From Longimicrobiales bacterium (GTDB lineage: Bacteria; Gemmatimonadota; Gemmatimonadetes; Longimicrobiales; Gaopeijiaceae), in the NCBI GenBank assembly GCA_963664435.2, contig CAXXKM010000002.1, forward strand, positions 896,001-960,000: a stretch of DNA of 64,000 nucleotides. Reading direction: 5' to 3'. The position numbers and the translations under genes were made by a program. The number at the start of each line of letters is the position of its first letter. The first letter of the stretch is position 1. The notes under the pieces were generated by a model, which worked only from the letters and a program-made list of their open reading frames with translations, was not told where the DNA came from and did not search any database. This document shows positions 18,910-27,735 of this stretch, piece after piece.

Positions 18910-19410
18910 ATGGAAAGAACTTCGACCGCGAACGATTTGACCGAGCGGCTGCGGAGGAGGCTGGAGAGCGAGAGACGGGAGATCGAGGAATTGACCGCGA
19001 GCGAGCTCGAGCGGCTCGGCGAGAACTCGCGGCGCGCCGCGAGGAACGCGCTGCGTTCCATCGAGCGCGATACGGAGGAGGCGACCGGGCGGATGCGCGA
19101 GCTGCTGGCAAAGGCTTGGCTCCGGCCCCTGATCGTGGGCCTGAGCCTTTGGCTCGGTTTCTTCGGCGGAAGCTGGGCGACGATGCGGTGGTTGTCGAGG
19201 AGCATCCAAGACCGGATCGAGAGGCTGGCGATCGCGAACGTGCGGATCGAGGACGCGCACGAGACGCTGGCCGAGCTGGAAGCGAACAGTTGGGGGATCG
19301 CGCTGCACGAGATCGAGGGAGAGAGGTACGTGGTGCTGCCGCTCGGGACATGGGCCGATCCGGGCTGGGAGGTGCGCGATCGTCCGGCCGTGAAGCTGTC
19401 GAGAGAGTAA
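18910..19410 (+). CDS. MbeB/MobB-like protein overprinted within the relaxase gene
   Basis: Starts in the KGELY codons (GGAG RBS); coiled coil, TM segment and WGIxL tail; position as in ColE1 mob regions. Confidence 0.7.
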   Translation: MERTSTANDLTERLRRRLESERREIEELTASELERLGENSRRAARNALRSIERDTEEATGRMRELLAKAWLRPLIVGLSLWLGFFGGSWATMRWLSRSIQDRIERLAIANVRIEDAHETLAELEANSWGIALHEIEGERYVVLPLGTWADPGWEVRDRPAVKLSRE

Positions 19411-19419
19411 AGGAGCTCT

Positions 19420-19701
19420 ATGACCGAATTGGAGAGGCAGTTGACGGAGGCCTTGAAGAGGCTCTCCGCGCAGTACGAGACGGCACAGCGGCGGCACTCC
19501 GGGCAGGTCGAAGCCTTGCGGCGGCACGTCGAAGCCTTGCAAGGGCGCGTCGAGCGGCAAAGCGCGGAAAACGAAGCCTTGAGGCAGCACGTCGAGCGGC
19601 AGAGCGGGGAGAACGAAGCCTTGCAGAGGCGAATCGAGTGGCTGGACGGGCAAGTTACACGCTTAGCCGAGTCGTACGGCACGCTCGCCGCGACCTTGTG
19701 A
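19420..19701 (+). CDS. MbeD/MobD-like protein overprinted within the relaxase gene
   Basis: MTELERQLTEALKRLSAQYE resembles the MbeD N-terminus; AAGGAG RBS; heptad repeats. Confidence 0.8.
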   Translation: MTELERQLTEALKRLSAQYETAQRRHSGQVEALRRHVEALQGRVERQSAENEALRQHVERQSGENEALQRRIEWLDGQVTRLAESYGTLAATL

Positions 19702-19849
19702 TGATGATAGCGGCGCTGAGCCAGCGCAGGCCGGACCGCGATCGCGATCAGGGTCCGAGCCGTTGATAAACGGGAAATCTGGCGCGGACGGCCTCCCGCA
19801 GCGAGCTTTCAGGCGCGCAGATCGTGCGGTCCATCACACGAGGAATCGA

Positions 19850-21007
19850 ATGATGGCACGCACGAAGCGGGACCGGCGCAGCTACAGCGCCGGCGAGTGG
19901 GGCCGGAACCGGGTGAGGGTGTTCGCCGATCCCAAGACCGGCCTCTACCAGATAGAGTGGCGAGAGAACGGACGCAGGCTCACGAGATCGCTGAAGCACC
20001 GCGACTGGTCGCGGGCGAAGCGGCAGGCCGACGAAGCCGCTGCGGGCCTCGCGATGCACGAGCCCAACGGCAAGGCCGAGCCCGAGCCGCTCACGTTGGA
20101 AATGCTTTTTGACATCTACGGCGAAGAAGTGACGCCCACCAAGGCCAAGCGGACGCAGGAGCGCGACAGGGTCGCGATGCGGATGTTCCTCGGATTCCTG
20201 GGACCGAACCGAAGGCCGGAAACACTCTCTCAGCGGGATTGGGATCGATTCATCCGGGAGCGCAGGGCGGGCAGGGTGGGTCCGAGCGGGAAGCCCGTGT
20301 CGAACCGAATGATCGAATGCGACCTGAGGTTTCTGGTCGCCATCCTGAATTGGGCCGCGAGGTCCAGGGACGAGCAGGGCCGCTTGCTCTTGGAATCGAA
20401 TCCGCTGAGGGGCTTGAAAACGCCCGTCGAGAAGAACCCGCTCCGTGTCGTGCTTTCCGGCGAGGAGTACCGGGCGCTTCTGAAGGTGTCCCGCCGGGTC
20501 GACTGGCGGTTCCACGTCGCGCTCGTGCTCGCGCACGAAACGGGGCACCGGATCGGCGCGATCCGCAAGCTTCGGTGGTTCGATATCGACTTCGAGGACA
20601 AGACCATCCGGTGGCGCGCGGAGCACGAGAAGACCGGATACGAGCACACCACGCCGCTGACCGACGAGGCGATCGCCACACTTGAGGGGGCGCGAGCGAG
20701 AAACCCCGCGAGAGGCAACTCTCCGGTGCTGCCCTCCACGCAGGATCCCTTGATCTGCGTGAGGCCCTGGATGCTCGGCCAAAGGTGGCGGACAGCCGAG
20801 AGGCTCGCCGGTCTCGAACCGAAGCGTGGTCGCGGCTGGCACTCGCTTAGGCGGAAGTTCGCTTCCGATCTGATGGACCTTCCCCTCAAGGTCTTGTGTC
20901 AGCTGGGCGGCTGGAAGAACGCGAAGACGGTCCTCCGCTGCTACCAGCAGGCCGACGAGGGACAACTCAGGGAGGCTTTGGAAGGCCGCCGCGGGGTTCA
21001 GGCCTGA
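19850..21007 (+). CDS. Tyrosine recombinase/integrase
   Basis: HETGHR, K (EHEKTG), HSLRR, LGGW and C-terminal Tyr (RCYQQ); start MMARTKR after GAGG. Confidence 0.92.
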   Translation: MMARTKRDRRSYSAGEWGRNRVRVFADPKTGLYQIEWRENGRRLTRSLKHRDWSRAKRQADEAAAGLAMHEPNGKAEPEPLTLEMLFDIYGEEVTPTKAKRTQERDRVAMRMFLGFLGPNRRPETLSQRDWDRFIRERRAGRVGPSGKPVSNRMIECDLRFLVAILNWAARSRDEQGRLLLESNPLRGLKTPVEKNPLRVVLSGEEYRALLKVSRRVDWRFHVALVLAHETGHRIGAIRKLRWFDIDFEDKTIRWRAEHEKTGYEHTTPLTDEAIATLEGARARNPARGNSPVLPSTQDPLICVRPWMLGQRWRTAERLAGLEPKRGRGWHSLRRKFASDLMDLPLKVLCQLGGWKNAKTVLRCYQQADEGQLREALEGRRGVQA

Positions 21008-21211
21008 GAATCCCATTTGGCGGGACTCAAACAGCAGGAATCCAACCTGCTTCACTTATAACACCAACGTTTACAACAAGATACGAATCTGACGGCATCC
21101 GTTGACCCAGCGACCGCGGTTGCGGCGCGGGAGTCTCCCCTACCGTTGGACTGCCTGCCTTTTCGGAATCATCCATCTGCCTCTCCCGCTTCGAATTGTG
21201 TTGTCAGCTTT

Positions 21212-21544
21212 TCAGTGGATCAGCAGACGAGAAAGCACGTTCTTCACGCGCTGCCCATCTCGCGGATGTATCGCGCCGATCCTTCGGATGATCAGCGCAT
21301 GGTCGAGAGTGAAGAGCTTGAAGCGGACCTTGCATGGGACGACCAGCCCCGCATGGTGCCATTCCTCGATCACCACGTCGCTCGGCCACGTGAGCCGGGA
21401 TGTGGTGATCATCGCCAGGACGGACTGTTGATGGAGCTCGTTGAAGTTGGCCGATGAAATGACGAGAGCTGGTCGGCGCTTGACGGTTGGCTGGTCCGTG
21501 AAGGGAAAGGGAACAACGACTACGTCGAGAGCTTCACAGGTCAC
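21212..21544 (-). CDS. PemK/MazF-family toxin
   Basis: DVVVVPFPFTD..KRRPALVIS..VLAMITT. Confidence 0.9.
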   Translation of the reverse strand: MTCEALDVVVVPFPFTDQPTVKRRPALVISSANFNELHQQSVLAMITTSRLTWPSDVVIEEWHHAGLVVPCKVRFKLFTLDHALIIRRIGAIHPRDGQRVKNVLSRLLIH

Positions 21545-21758
21545 GCCAGGCCTCCTCGTCCTCCGGCGATACCCATTCGCTCATCACTTCGGCAAGGCCC
21601 TCCAGATAATCATCCTGCCCCGGCTCCACCTTGCGCAGCCGCAGATAATCACCCGCGATTTCGAAGGCGACTACATCACCGGCGCGCAGGTTGGCAGCTT
21701 CACGGATTCGCTTGGGAATCGTCGTCTGGCCGCGCGATGTGATCTTGGACATTTCCAT
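21534..21758 (-). CDS. AbrB/MazE-family antitoxin
   Basis: SKITSRGQTTIPKRIREAANLRAGD; overlaps the toxin start. Confidence 0.9.
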   Translation of the reverse strand: MEMSKITSRGQTTIPKRIREAANLRAGDVVAFEIAGDYLRLRKVEPGQDDYLEGLAEVMSEWVSPEDEEAWRDL

Positions 21759-21785
21759 CTTTGGGTCCTCGCAGAAGTTCTTACG

Positions 21786-21810
21786 ATCAGAAATTCTGAT
21801 TTTTCAGAAT
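21786..21810. promoter_or_regulatory. Alternating palindrome operator candidate upstream of the TA operon
   Basis: ATCAGAA-A-TTCTGAT (21786-21800) overlapping ATTCTGA-TTTT-TCAGAAT (21793-21810). Confidence 0.55.
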
Positions 21811-21816
21811 AACGAA

Positions 21817-21870
21817 AAGCTGAACTGAACGCTATCGCGCTTCAGATGCGCGACGCGTTCAGCCCAGCTT
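21817..21870 (-). terminator. Long hairpin downstream of the PQQ dehydrogenase gene (probable terminator)
   Basis: Minus strand AAGCTGGGCTGAACGC...GCGTTCAGTTCAGCTT pairs fully with G-U and is followed by a T-rich tract. Confidence 0.5.
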
Positions 21871-21902
21871 CTCTACTTTCCGGGATCCGGGCTGGCGATT
21901 CC

Positions 21903-23954
21903 CTACGGCAGACTCACCGCCATCAGCATGTTCGGCGCCTGGATCACCACCCGCTGCTTGCCTTCGTGCATGTAGGTCATCATGCCGTAGCGCGGGTTGC
22001 CGGGGAGCTCGACCTCGCCCAGCCGCTCGCCCGTCGCCTTGTCCACGGCGTACAGCTTCGGCGTGCCGTCGCTCGCGTTGCCCGTGTACATGAGCATGTC
22101 CGGGGTCACGATCTGCGCGGCCTGCCGCCCGGTCCCCGTGTTGGGGAGGTCGATGCCTTCGAGCGCGGGATGGTTGAGCACGTTGTTGGGCGTGTCGCCC
22201 ACCGGGATCCACCACAGGTGCTCGCCGGTGTTCATGTCGATCGCGGTGATCTTGCTGTACGGGGGCTTGTACATCGGCAGCCCCTGTACGCGCCCGATGC
22301 GCGCGCCGCCGGCCACCGCATAGTCGTTGATGGTTGTGCCGGTCGGCAGCTCGGTCCGCTCGTCGACCTCCTTCCCGGGCACCAGCAGCCGCGCCGAGCA
22401 GCCCTTCTGCGATGTCACGAAAATGACGCCGCTCTCGGGATCCACCGCGGGTGTGCCGTCGATGTTGGTGCCGCCCACGTCGCCGGGGCACCAGATCGCG
22501 CCCAGCTTGCCCTCGTCGTTGTCGCGGTGCAGCGGCGGCTGGAAGAACGGACCCCAGTCGTAGGGCTCTAGGAGGTCCAGGGCGGCCTGGCGCAGCTCCG
22601 GCGTGAAGTCGATCAGGTCGTCCACGCTCAGGCCCTGCATGTCGTAGGGCGCGGGCTTGGTGGGATGCGGCTGCGTCTCCGCCAGCTTCTCGCCCGGCAC
22701 CTTCGACTTCGGCACCGGCTTCTCCTCGATGGGCCAGAGCGGCTCGCCGGTCGCGCGGTTGAAGGCGTAGGCGAAGGACTGCTTGGTGATCTGCACCACC
22801 GCGGGGATGTCCTCCCCGTCCACTGTCACGTCCACGAGGATGGGCGCGGTGGAGGTGTCGTAGTTCCAGATGTCGTGATGGACCAGCTGGTAGTGCCACG
22901 CCCGCTCCCCGGTCTGCACGTCCAGCGCGATCAGGCTGGTGCTGAACAGGTTGTCGCCGGGCCGGAAGCCGCCGTAGAAGTCCTGGGTGGCGCCGTTGGT
23001 GGGAATGTAGACGAGCCCCAGCTCCGGATCCGCCGAGAGCGGCGCCCACGACGAGATGTCGCCGGTCCACTCCCAGGCGTCGTTCTCCCATGTCTCGTGC
23101 CCGAACTCGCCGGGGCCGGGCAGCACGTCGAACTTCCACAGGAACTCGCCGGTGCGCGCGTCATAGGCGAGGATGTCGCCCGGGATGTTCTCCTGGCGCG
23201 ACTGGTTGTAGCCCTGCTCGGCGGAGTTGCCGACGATGATCACGCCGTTCACCACGATCGCCGGGGACGAGCTGGTGATGTAGCCCTTCTCGAGCGGGAC
23301 GCCCATGTAGTCGTCGTGCTCGTGGCCCAGGTCGTCGAGCAGGTCCACGGTCCCGGTCTTCGGGAAGCCTTCGATGTCCACCGAGCCTCCGAAGCCCTCG
23401 ATGGGCTCGCCGGTCTCGGCGTCGAGCGCGTGCAGGAAGAACGCGGGCGTGACCACGTAGACGATGTCGCGGCCGTCGACGTTGGCGTAGGCGACGCCCT
23501 TGCCGTGGTTCTTCCGCATCGAGTACTCCCAGCGGAAGGTCTCGGGCTCGACCCAGTCCCAGAGCACCTCGCCGGTGGCGGGGTCGGTGGCGATCACGTG
23601 GCGCTTCTCTCCGGCGACGCTGATCAGCTTGCCGTTGACGTAGATCGGCGTCGCGCGCGCGTTAACAACCGGATACGCGGAGCCGTCCCAGATCCAGTCC
23701 ACCTCGAGCTGGTCGAAGTTGCCGGGGTTGATCTGCGTGAGTTCGGTGTAGCGCTGGCTCCCGGCGTCGCCGCCGATGTAGGCCCAGTCGCCCTCGGTGA
23801 CGACGCTCCCGGCCGGTCCCGCATCCGAGGTCTGAGCGCACGCGCCCACACCGAGCGAAACCAGGGCCAGCAAGCACCAGGAAACCTGGCGGGGGATTCC
23901 CCGTTGCTCGTTTCGCGTAGCCGATGTCCATGATCGACGGTCCTGTCCAGTCAT
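21903..23954 (-). CDS. PQQ-dependent dehydrogenase (glucose/quinate-type beta-propeller), probable lipoprotein
   Basis: DWAYIGGD..RY, ADPELGLVYIPT, YQLVHHDIWNYD, MTYMHEGKQ; signal ending LGVGAC. Start at MTGQDRR; the upstream part of ORF 21903..26144 is antisense shadow. Confidence 0.9.
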   Translation of the reverse strand: MTGQDRRSWTSATRNEQRGIPRQVSWCLLALVSLGVGACAQTSDAGPAGSVVTEGDWAYIGGDAGSQRYTELTQINPGNFDQLEVDWIWDGSAYPVVNARATPIYVNGKLISVAGEKRHVIATDPATGEVLWDWVEPETFRWEYSMRKNHGKGVAYANVDGRDIVYVVTPAFFLHALDAETGEPIEGFGGSVDIEGFPKTGTVDLLDDLGHEHDDYMGVPLEKGYITSSSPAIVVNGVIIVGNSAEQGYNQSRQENIPGDILAYDARTGEFLWKFDVLPGPGEFGHETWENDAWEWTGDISSWAPLSADPELGLVYIPTNGATQDFYGGFRPGDNLFSTSLIALDVQTGERAWHYQLVHHDIWNYDTSTAPILVDVTVDGEDIPAVVQITKQSFAYAFNRATGEPLWPIEEKPVPKSKVPGEKLAETQPHPTKPAPYDMQGLSVDDLIDFTPELRQAALDLLEPYDWGPFFQPPLHRDNDEGKLGAIWCPGDVGGTNIDGTPAVDPESGVIFVTSQKGCSARLLVPGKEVDERTELPTGTTINDYAVAGGARIGRVQGLPMYKPPYSKITAIDMNTGEHLWWIPVGDTPNNVLNHPALEGIDLPNTGTGRQAAQIVTPDMLMYTGNASDGTPKLYAVDKATGERLGEVELPGNPRYGMMTYMHEGKQRVVIQAPNMLMAVSLP

Positions 23955-24263
23955 CTTCCGCGTCCCCCTTCCAGCAGATGTGTATCGCCTCGCACAACAA
24001 AGCGAGCATCGCAAGATGAAGATGTGCGCGGACGTGGGCAAGGCGAGCGCGCGCCGTGCCGGGCACCGATGTGGGCCGACTCCAGCTACCGGATAACGGC
24101 CTGGAGTGGTGGCCCCCCGGTTCTGGCGGCCAACGCAACCGGCGCCTACCCTTCCGGTTAGTATGAGGGGTCGCCTATCATTCCGCGCCGGGCAGCGCTG
24201 CGAATTGACGCCGTTGCCCGTTTCGCTTCCACGCAACGACATACGGAGAACTGACGAGTGGCC

Positions 24264-25556
24264 ATGGAACTGAGCGGGTTCGCACGGTCGCTGACGGCGG
24301 AAGCCGCCTTTACCGTGCTGGCGGTCGCCAAGCGGCTTCAGTCCGAGGGGAAGGACGTCGTCGAGCTCGAGATCGGCGACAGCCCCTTTTCGACCACGAG
24401 CGCGGCGGCCCAGGCGGGCAGGGAAGCCATCGCCGCGGGGCAGACGCGCTACTGCTCCTCCCTGGGGCTGCCGGAGCTTCGCGACGCGGCCGCGCGCTAC
24501 ATGCAGCGCGAGTTCGGCGTGCCCGCGAGCCGCGACAACGTCGTCATCGCCACCGGCACCAAGGTCTTCGAGCAGTATTTCTGCGAGGCCTTCGTGGATC
24601 CCGGGGACGGGGTTCTGGTCTTCAGCCCCTACTTCCCGACCTACGTGCCCAACATCCTCAGGCGCGGGGGGCGTCCGGTGTTCACGCCGCTTCGCCAGGA
24701 GGACGCCTTCCGTCCGAGTCTGGCCGCGGTCGAGCGGTTCCTCGCCGAGGATGCCCGGCCCAGGGCCATCTTCCTGAACTCGCCCCACAATCCCACCGGG
24801 GGCGTGGCCACGAAAGAGGATTTTCGCGGCATCGTGGAGCTGGTGCGGGGCACGCGCGTCGCCGTCTTCAGCGACGAGCCCTACTGCCACATGGTGTGGA
24901 AGGGGAAGCACGTGTCGCCGCTGGCGCAGCCGGGGATGATGGAGCGCTCGGTGGCCGCCTACACCTTCAGCAAGTCGTACAGCATGGGCGGCTGGAGGCT
25001 GGGGTTCGCGGTGTCGGCGCCCGAGACCGTCGAGGCCATCGGCAAGATGATCAACACGAGCGTCTCGTGCGCGCCGCCCTTCATTCAGTTGGCCGGGGTG
25101 GCCGCGCTCGAGCGGGACGGCGGGGAGCGCGATGCGGCCATGCGCCGCTTCCGCCGCAAGGTGGAGCTGCTCACCGAGGGGCTCAACCGGATCGAGGGGT
25201 TCTCGTCGCTGGACCCGCACGCGACGTTCTACGTTTTCCCGAAGGTGGCCCCGGTGTGCAACCGGCTCGGCATCACCAGCCACGGCCTGGCGATGTACCT
25301 GCTCGAGGGGGCCGACGACGACTTCGGGGTCGCCTGTCTGGGCGGCGAGTGCTTCGGCGACGCCGGCGCCGGGTTCCTGCGTTTCAGCTGCGCGGCTTCC
25401 GACGAGCGCCTGCAGGAGGCGCTGGACTTCATCGCCGAAGCGGTGACCCGGGAGAGCCGGGTGGCCGCCTTCCTCGACGCGCGGCCGGAGTACCGGCTGG
25501 AGTCGCCCTATCCGGGCGCGGGGGTGGACCGCGAGCCGGTGGCGGCGGCGGTCTAG
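24264..25556 (+). CDS. Class I/II PLP-dependent aminotransferase (aspartate aminotransferase-like)
   Basis: [27 protein letters not shown]. Confidence 0.92.
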   Translation: MELSGFARSLTAEAAFTVLAVAKRLQSEGKDVVELEIGDSPFSTTSAAAQAGREAIAAGQTRYCSSLGLPELRDAAARYMQREFGVPASRDNVVIATGTKVFEQYFCEAFVDPGDGVLVFSPYFPTYVPNILRRGGRPVFTPLRQEDAFRPSLAAVERFLAEDARPRAIFLNSPHNPTGGVATKEDFRGIVELVRGTRVAVFSDEPYCHMVWKGKHVSPLAQPGMMERSVAAYTFSKSYSMGGWRLGFAVSAPETVEAIGKMINTSVSCAPPFIQLAGVAALERDGGERDAAMRRFRRKVELLTEGLNRIEGFSSLDPHATFYVFPKVAPVCNRLGITSHGLAMYLLEGADDDFGVACLGGECFGDAGAGFLRFSCAASDERLQEALDFIAEAVTRESRVAAFLDARPEYRLESPYPGAGVDREPVAAAV

Positions 25557-25569
25557 CCGGGCGACGAGG

Positions 25570-27735
25570 ATGGCGGGTCGGGGCGGCGTGATGGTGGATG
25601 GGAACGGAGGAGCCACGGCGACGGCGGTCCGGTTCCGGGTGCGGGACATGGACTGCTCGCACTGCGTGACCCGCATCGAGGACGGGCTGCGCAAGGTCGA
25701 CGGGGTGATGGGGGTGGGGGCCAACCTGGTGGGCCGCACCGTGACCGTCGAGATCGACGCCGGCCAGCTCGAGACCGACGAGGTCCGGCGGGCGATCGGG
25801 CGCCTCGGGCACCTGGCCGAGCCGGACACCGGAGCCCGGCGGGAGCGCGCCACCGCGACCTGGGCGACCCCCGACGCACGGATCACGTACGCGTCGGCGG
25901 CGCTGTTCGCGGTCGGGCTCGCGCTCCAGCTGGCCGGGGTGGGGCCGCTGCTGTTCACGCTGCCGCTGAACGAGGTGCGGGTTCCGTCGCTCCTGTTCGT
26001 CGCCTCGGCCCTGGTTGGCGGTTGGAGGTTCATGCCCGACGGGCTGCGCGCGGCGCGCGAGCTCTCGCTGGACATGAACTTCCTGATGACGGTGGCGATC
26101 CTGGGGGCGGTTGCGATCGGGGAGTACCTGGAGGCGGCCGCCATCGCCTTCCTGTTCTCGACCGCCGAGCTGCTGGAGAGCTACGCGGTCGACCGCGCGC
26201 GGGCGTCGATGGAGTCGCTGATGGACCTCGCCCCCAAGACGGCCGTGGTGCTGCGCGACGGGGTCGAGGAGACGGTGCGGGCCTCCGAGGTCGCGGTCGG
26301 CGACGTGGTGGTGGTGCGCCCCGGCGAACGGATCCCGGTCGACGGCAGCGTGGTGGAGGGGGGCTCGGCGGTGGACGAGTCGCCCCTCACCGGGGAGTCG
26401 CTTCCGGTGGAGAAGGACCTGGGCGACCCGGTCTTCGCCGGCACGATCACCCGCGACGGCTTCATGCACGTGCGCACGGAGAAGCCCGCCGACTCGAGCT
26501 CGCTCGCGCGCATCGTGGAGCTGGTGGAGCGGGCGGGGGCCGAGAAGGCGAAGACGGAGCGGGTGGTGACCCGCTTCGCGCGCTGGTACACGCCGGCGAT
26601 CACCGTCGCGGCCGTGCTGGTGGTGGCGGTGCCGACGCTCGCGGGCGCGGACTTCATCACCTGGCTGGTGCGGGGGCTCACCCTGCTGGTGATCGCGTGT
26701 CCGTGCGCGCTGGTGATCTCCACGCCGGTCGCGGTGGTGAGCGGCATCACGGCCGCCGCGCGCCGGGGGGTGCTCATCAAGGGCGGGGTCTACCTGGAGG
26801 CCATGAGCGGCGTGCGCGCGATGGCGATGGACAAGACCGGCACGCTCACGGTCGGGCACCTGGAGGTGCGCGACGTGCGCTCGACCCGCGGGGCCCCACC
26901 CACCACGGTGCTGGCGCGCGCGTCGGCCGTGGAGGCCCGATCGGAGCACCCGATTGCGCGCGCGATCCACGAGGAGGCGGTCAGGCGCGAGATCTACTCC
27001 CACTACGCCGTTCGCGACTTCTCCTCCCGCCGGGGCGAGGGGGTCACGGCCCGCCTGGACGGCGTGCGCCACTTCGTCGGCAAGCCGGCGACCCTCGGGC
27101 TCGGCGAACCACCCGCGGGCATGGCCGGCGACGGCCGCACGGTGGTGGCCGTGGCGGACGATGACGGGCCGTTGGGGTGGATCTCGCTGGAGGACCGGGC
27201 CCGCAAGCAGGCGCGGGTGGCGGTGGGGCGGCTGCACGCCATGGGCATCCGTCCCGTCGTGATGCTGACCGGCGACAACGCCGCCACCGGCCGCCGGATC
27301 GCAGGGGAGACCGGGGTGGACGAAGTGAAGGCGCGGCTGCTCCCGCACGAGAAGGTGGACGCGCTCAGGGAGCTGGAGCGGGAGCACGGCCGGGTGGCGA
27401 TGGTGGGCGACGGCGTGAACGACGCTCCCTCGCTCGCGGCCGCCTCGGTCGGCATCGCCATGGGGGCGGCCGGAAGCGACGCCGCCATCGACAGCGCGGA
27501 CGTTGCGCTCATGGGCGACGACCTCACCCGGCTGCCCTATCTGTTCCGGCTGTCGCGCAAGTCGCGGGCGGTCATCCGCCAGAACATCGCCACCGCCCTG
27601 CTGGTGAAGCTCGTCCTGGTGGTGGGCGTGCCGCTCGGGATGGTCTCGCTGATCGCCGCCGTTCTGGTGGGTGACGTGGGCGTCTCGCTGCTGGTGACCG
27701 CCAACGCGCTCCGCCTTGCGCGCGTGGATGTCTGA
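25570..27735 (+). CDS. Heavy-metal P1B-type ATPase (ZntA/CadA-like)
   Basis: HMA MDCSHC, TGES, CPC, DKTGTLT, SEHP, GDGVND. Confidence 0.95.
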   Translation: MAGRGGVMVDGNGGATATAVRFRVRDMDCSHCVTRIEDGLRKVDGVMGVGANLVGRTVTVEIDAGQLETDEVRRAIGRLGHLAEPDTGARRERATATWATPDARITYASAALFAVGLALQLAGVGPLLFTLPLNEVRVPSLLFVASALVGGWRFMPDGLRAARELSLDMNFLMTVAILGAVAIGEYLEAAAIAFLFSTAELLESYAVDRARASMESLMDLAPKTAVVLRDGVEETVRASEVAVGDVVVVRPGERIPVDGSVVEGGSAVDESPLTGESLPVEKDLGDPVFAGTITRDGFMHVRTEKPADSSSLARIVELVERAGAEKAKTERVVTRFARWYTPAITVAAVLVVAVPTLAGADFITWLVRGLTLLVIACPCALVISTPVAVVSGITAAARRGVLIKGGVYLEAMSGVRAMAMDKTGTLTVGHLEVRDVRSTRGAPPTTVLARASAVEARSEHPIARAIHEEAVRREIYSHYAVRDFSSRRGEGVTARLDGVRHFVGKPATLGLGEPPAGMAGDGRTVVAVADDDGPLGWISLEDRARKQARVAVGRLHAMGIRPVVMLTGDNAATGRRIAGETGVDEVKARLLPHEKVDALRELEREHGRVAMVGDGVNDAPSLAAASVGIAMGAAGSDAAIDSADVALMGDDLTRLPYLFRLSRKSRAVIRQNIATALLVKLVLVVGVPLGMVSLIAAVLVGDVGVSLLVTANALRLARVDV

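Larger units (their letters stand above)
18176..19766 (+). pseudogene. mobA: MbeA/MobA (ColE1-type MOB-P/HEN) relaxase with a +1 frameshift near 18881-18883
   Basis: MLIKF..YLLG, YTSGVIAW, WTAVLH..HVHV, SLNIAP. The conserved RLKGxLY motif and the tail ending DRDRDQGPSR lie in the next frame after GGCAAACCGG. Confidence 0.75.
2881..21101. mobile_element. Composite integrative/mobilizable genomic island (two related integrase modules, coupling protein, mob genes, defence cargo); boundaries approximate
   Basis: Integrase 5' ends at both extremes pointing outwards, TraD-like ATPase, mobC/relaxase, R-M and HEPN cargo, IS110. Confidence 0.65.

Noticed and set aside
21060..21160. tRNA/tmRNA fragment as integration site
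   Set aside because: No T-loop, CCA end or other recognisable RNA-gene signature on either strand.
23955..26144. 1413-aa PQQ ORF extension
   Set aside because: Antisense to the aminotransferase and ATPase genes.
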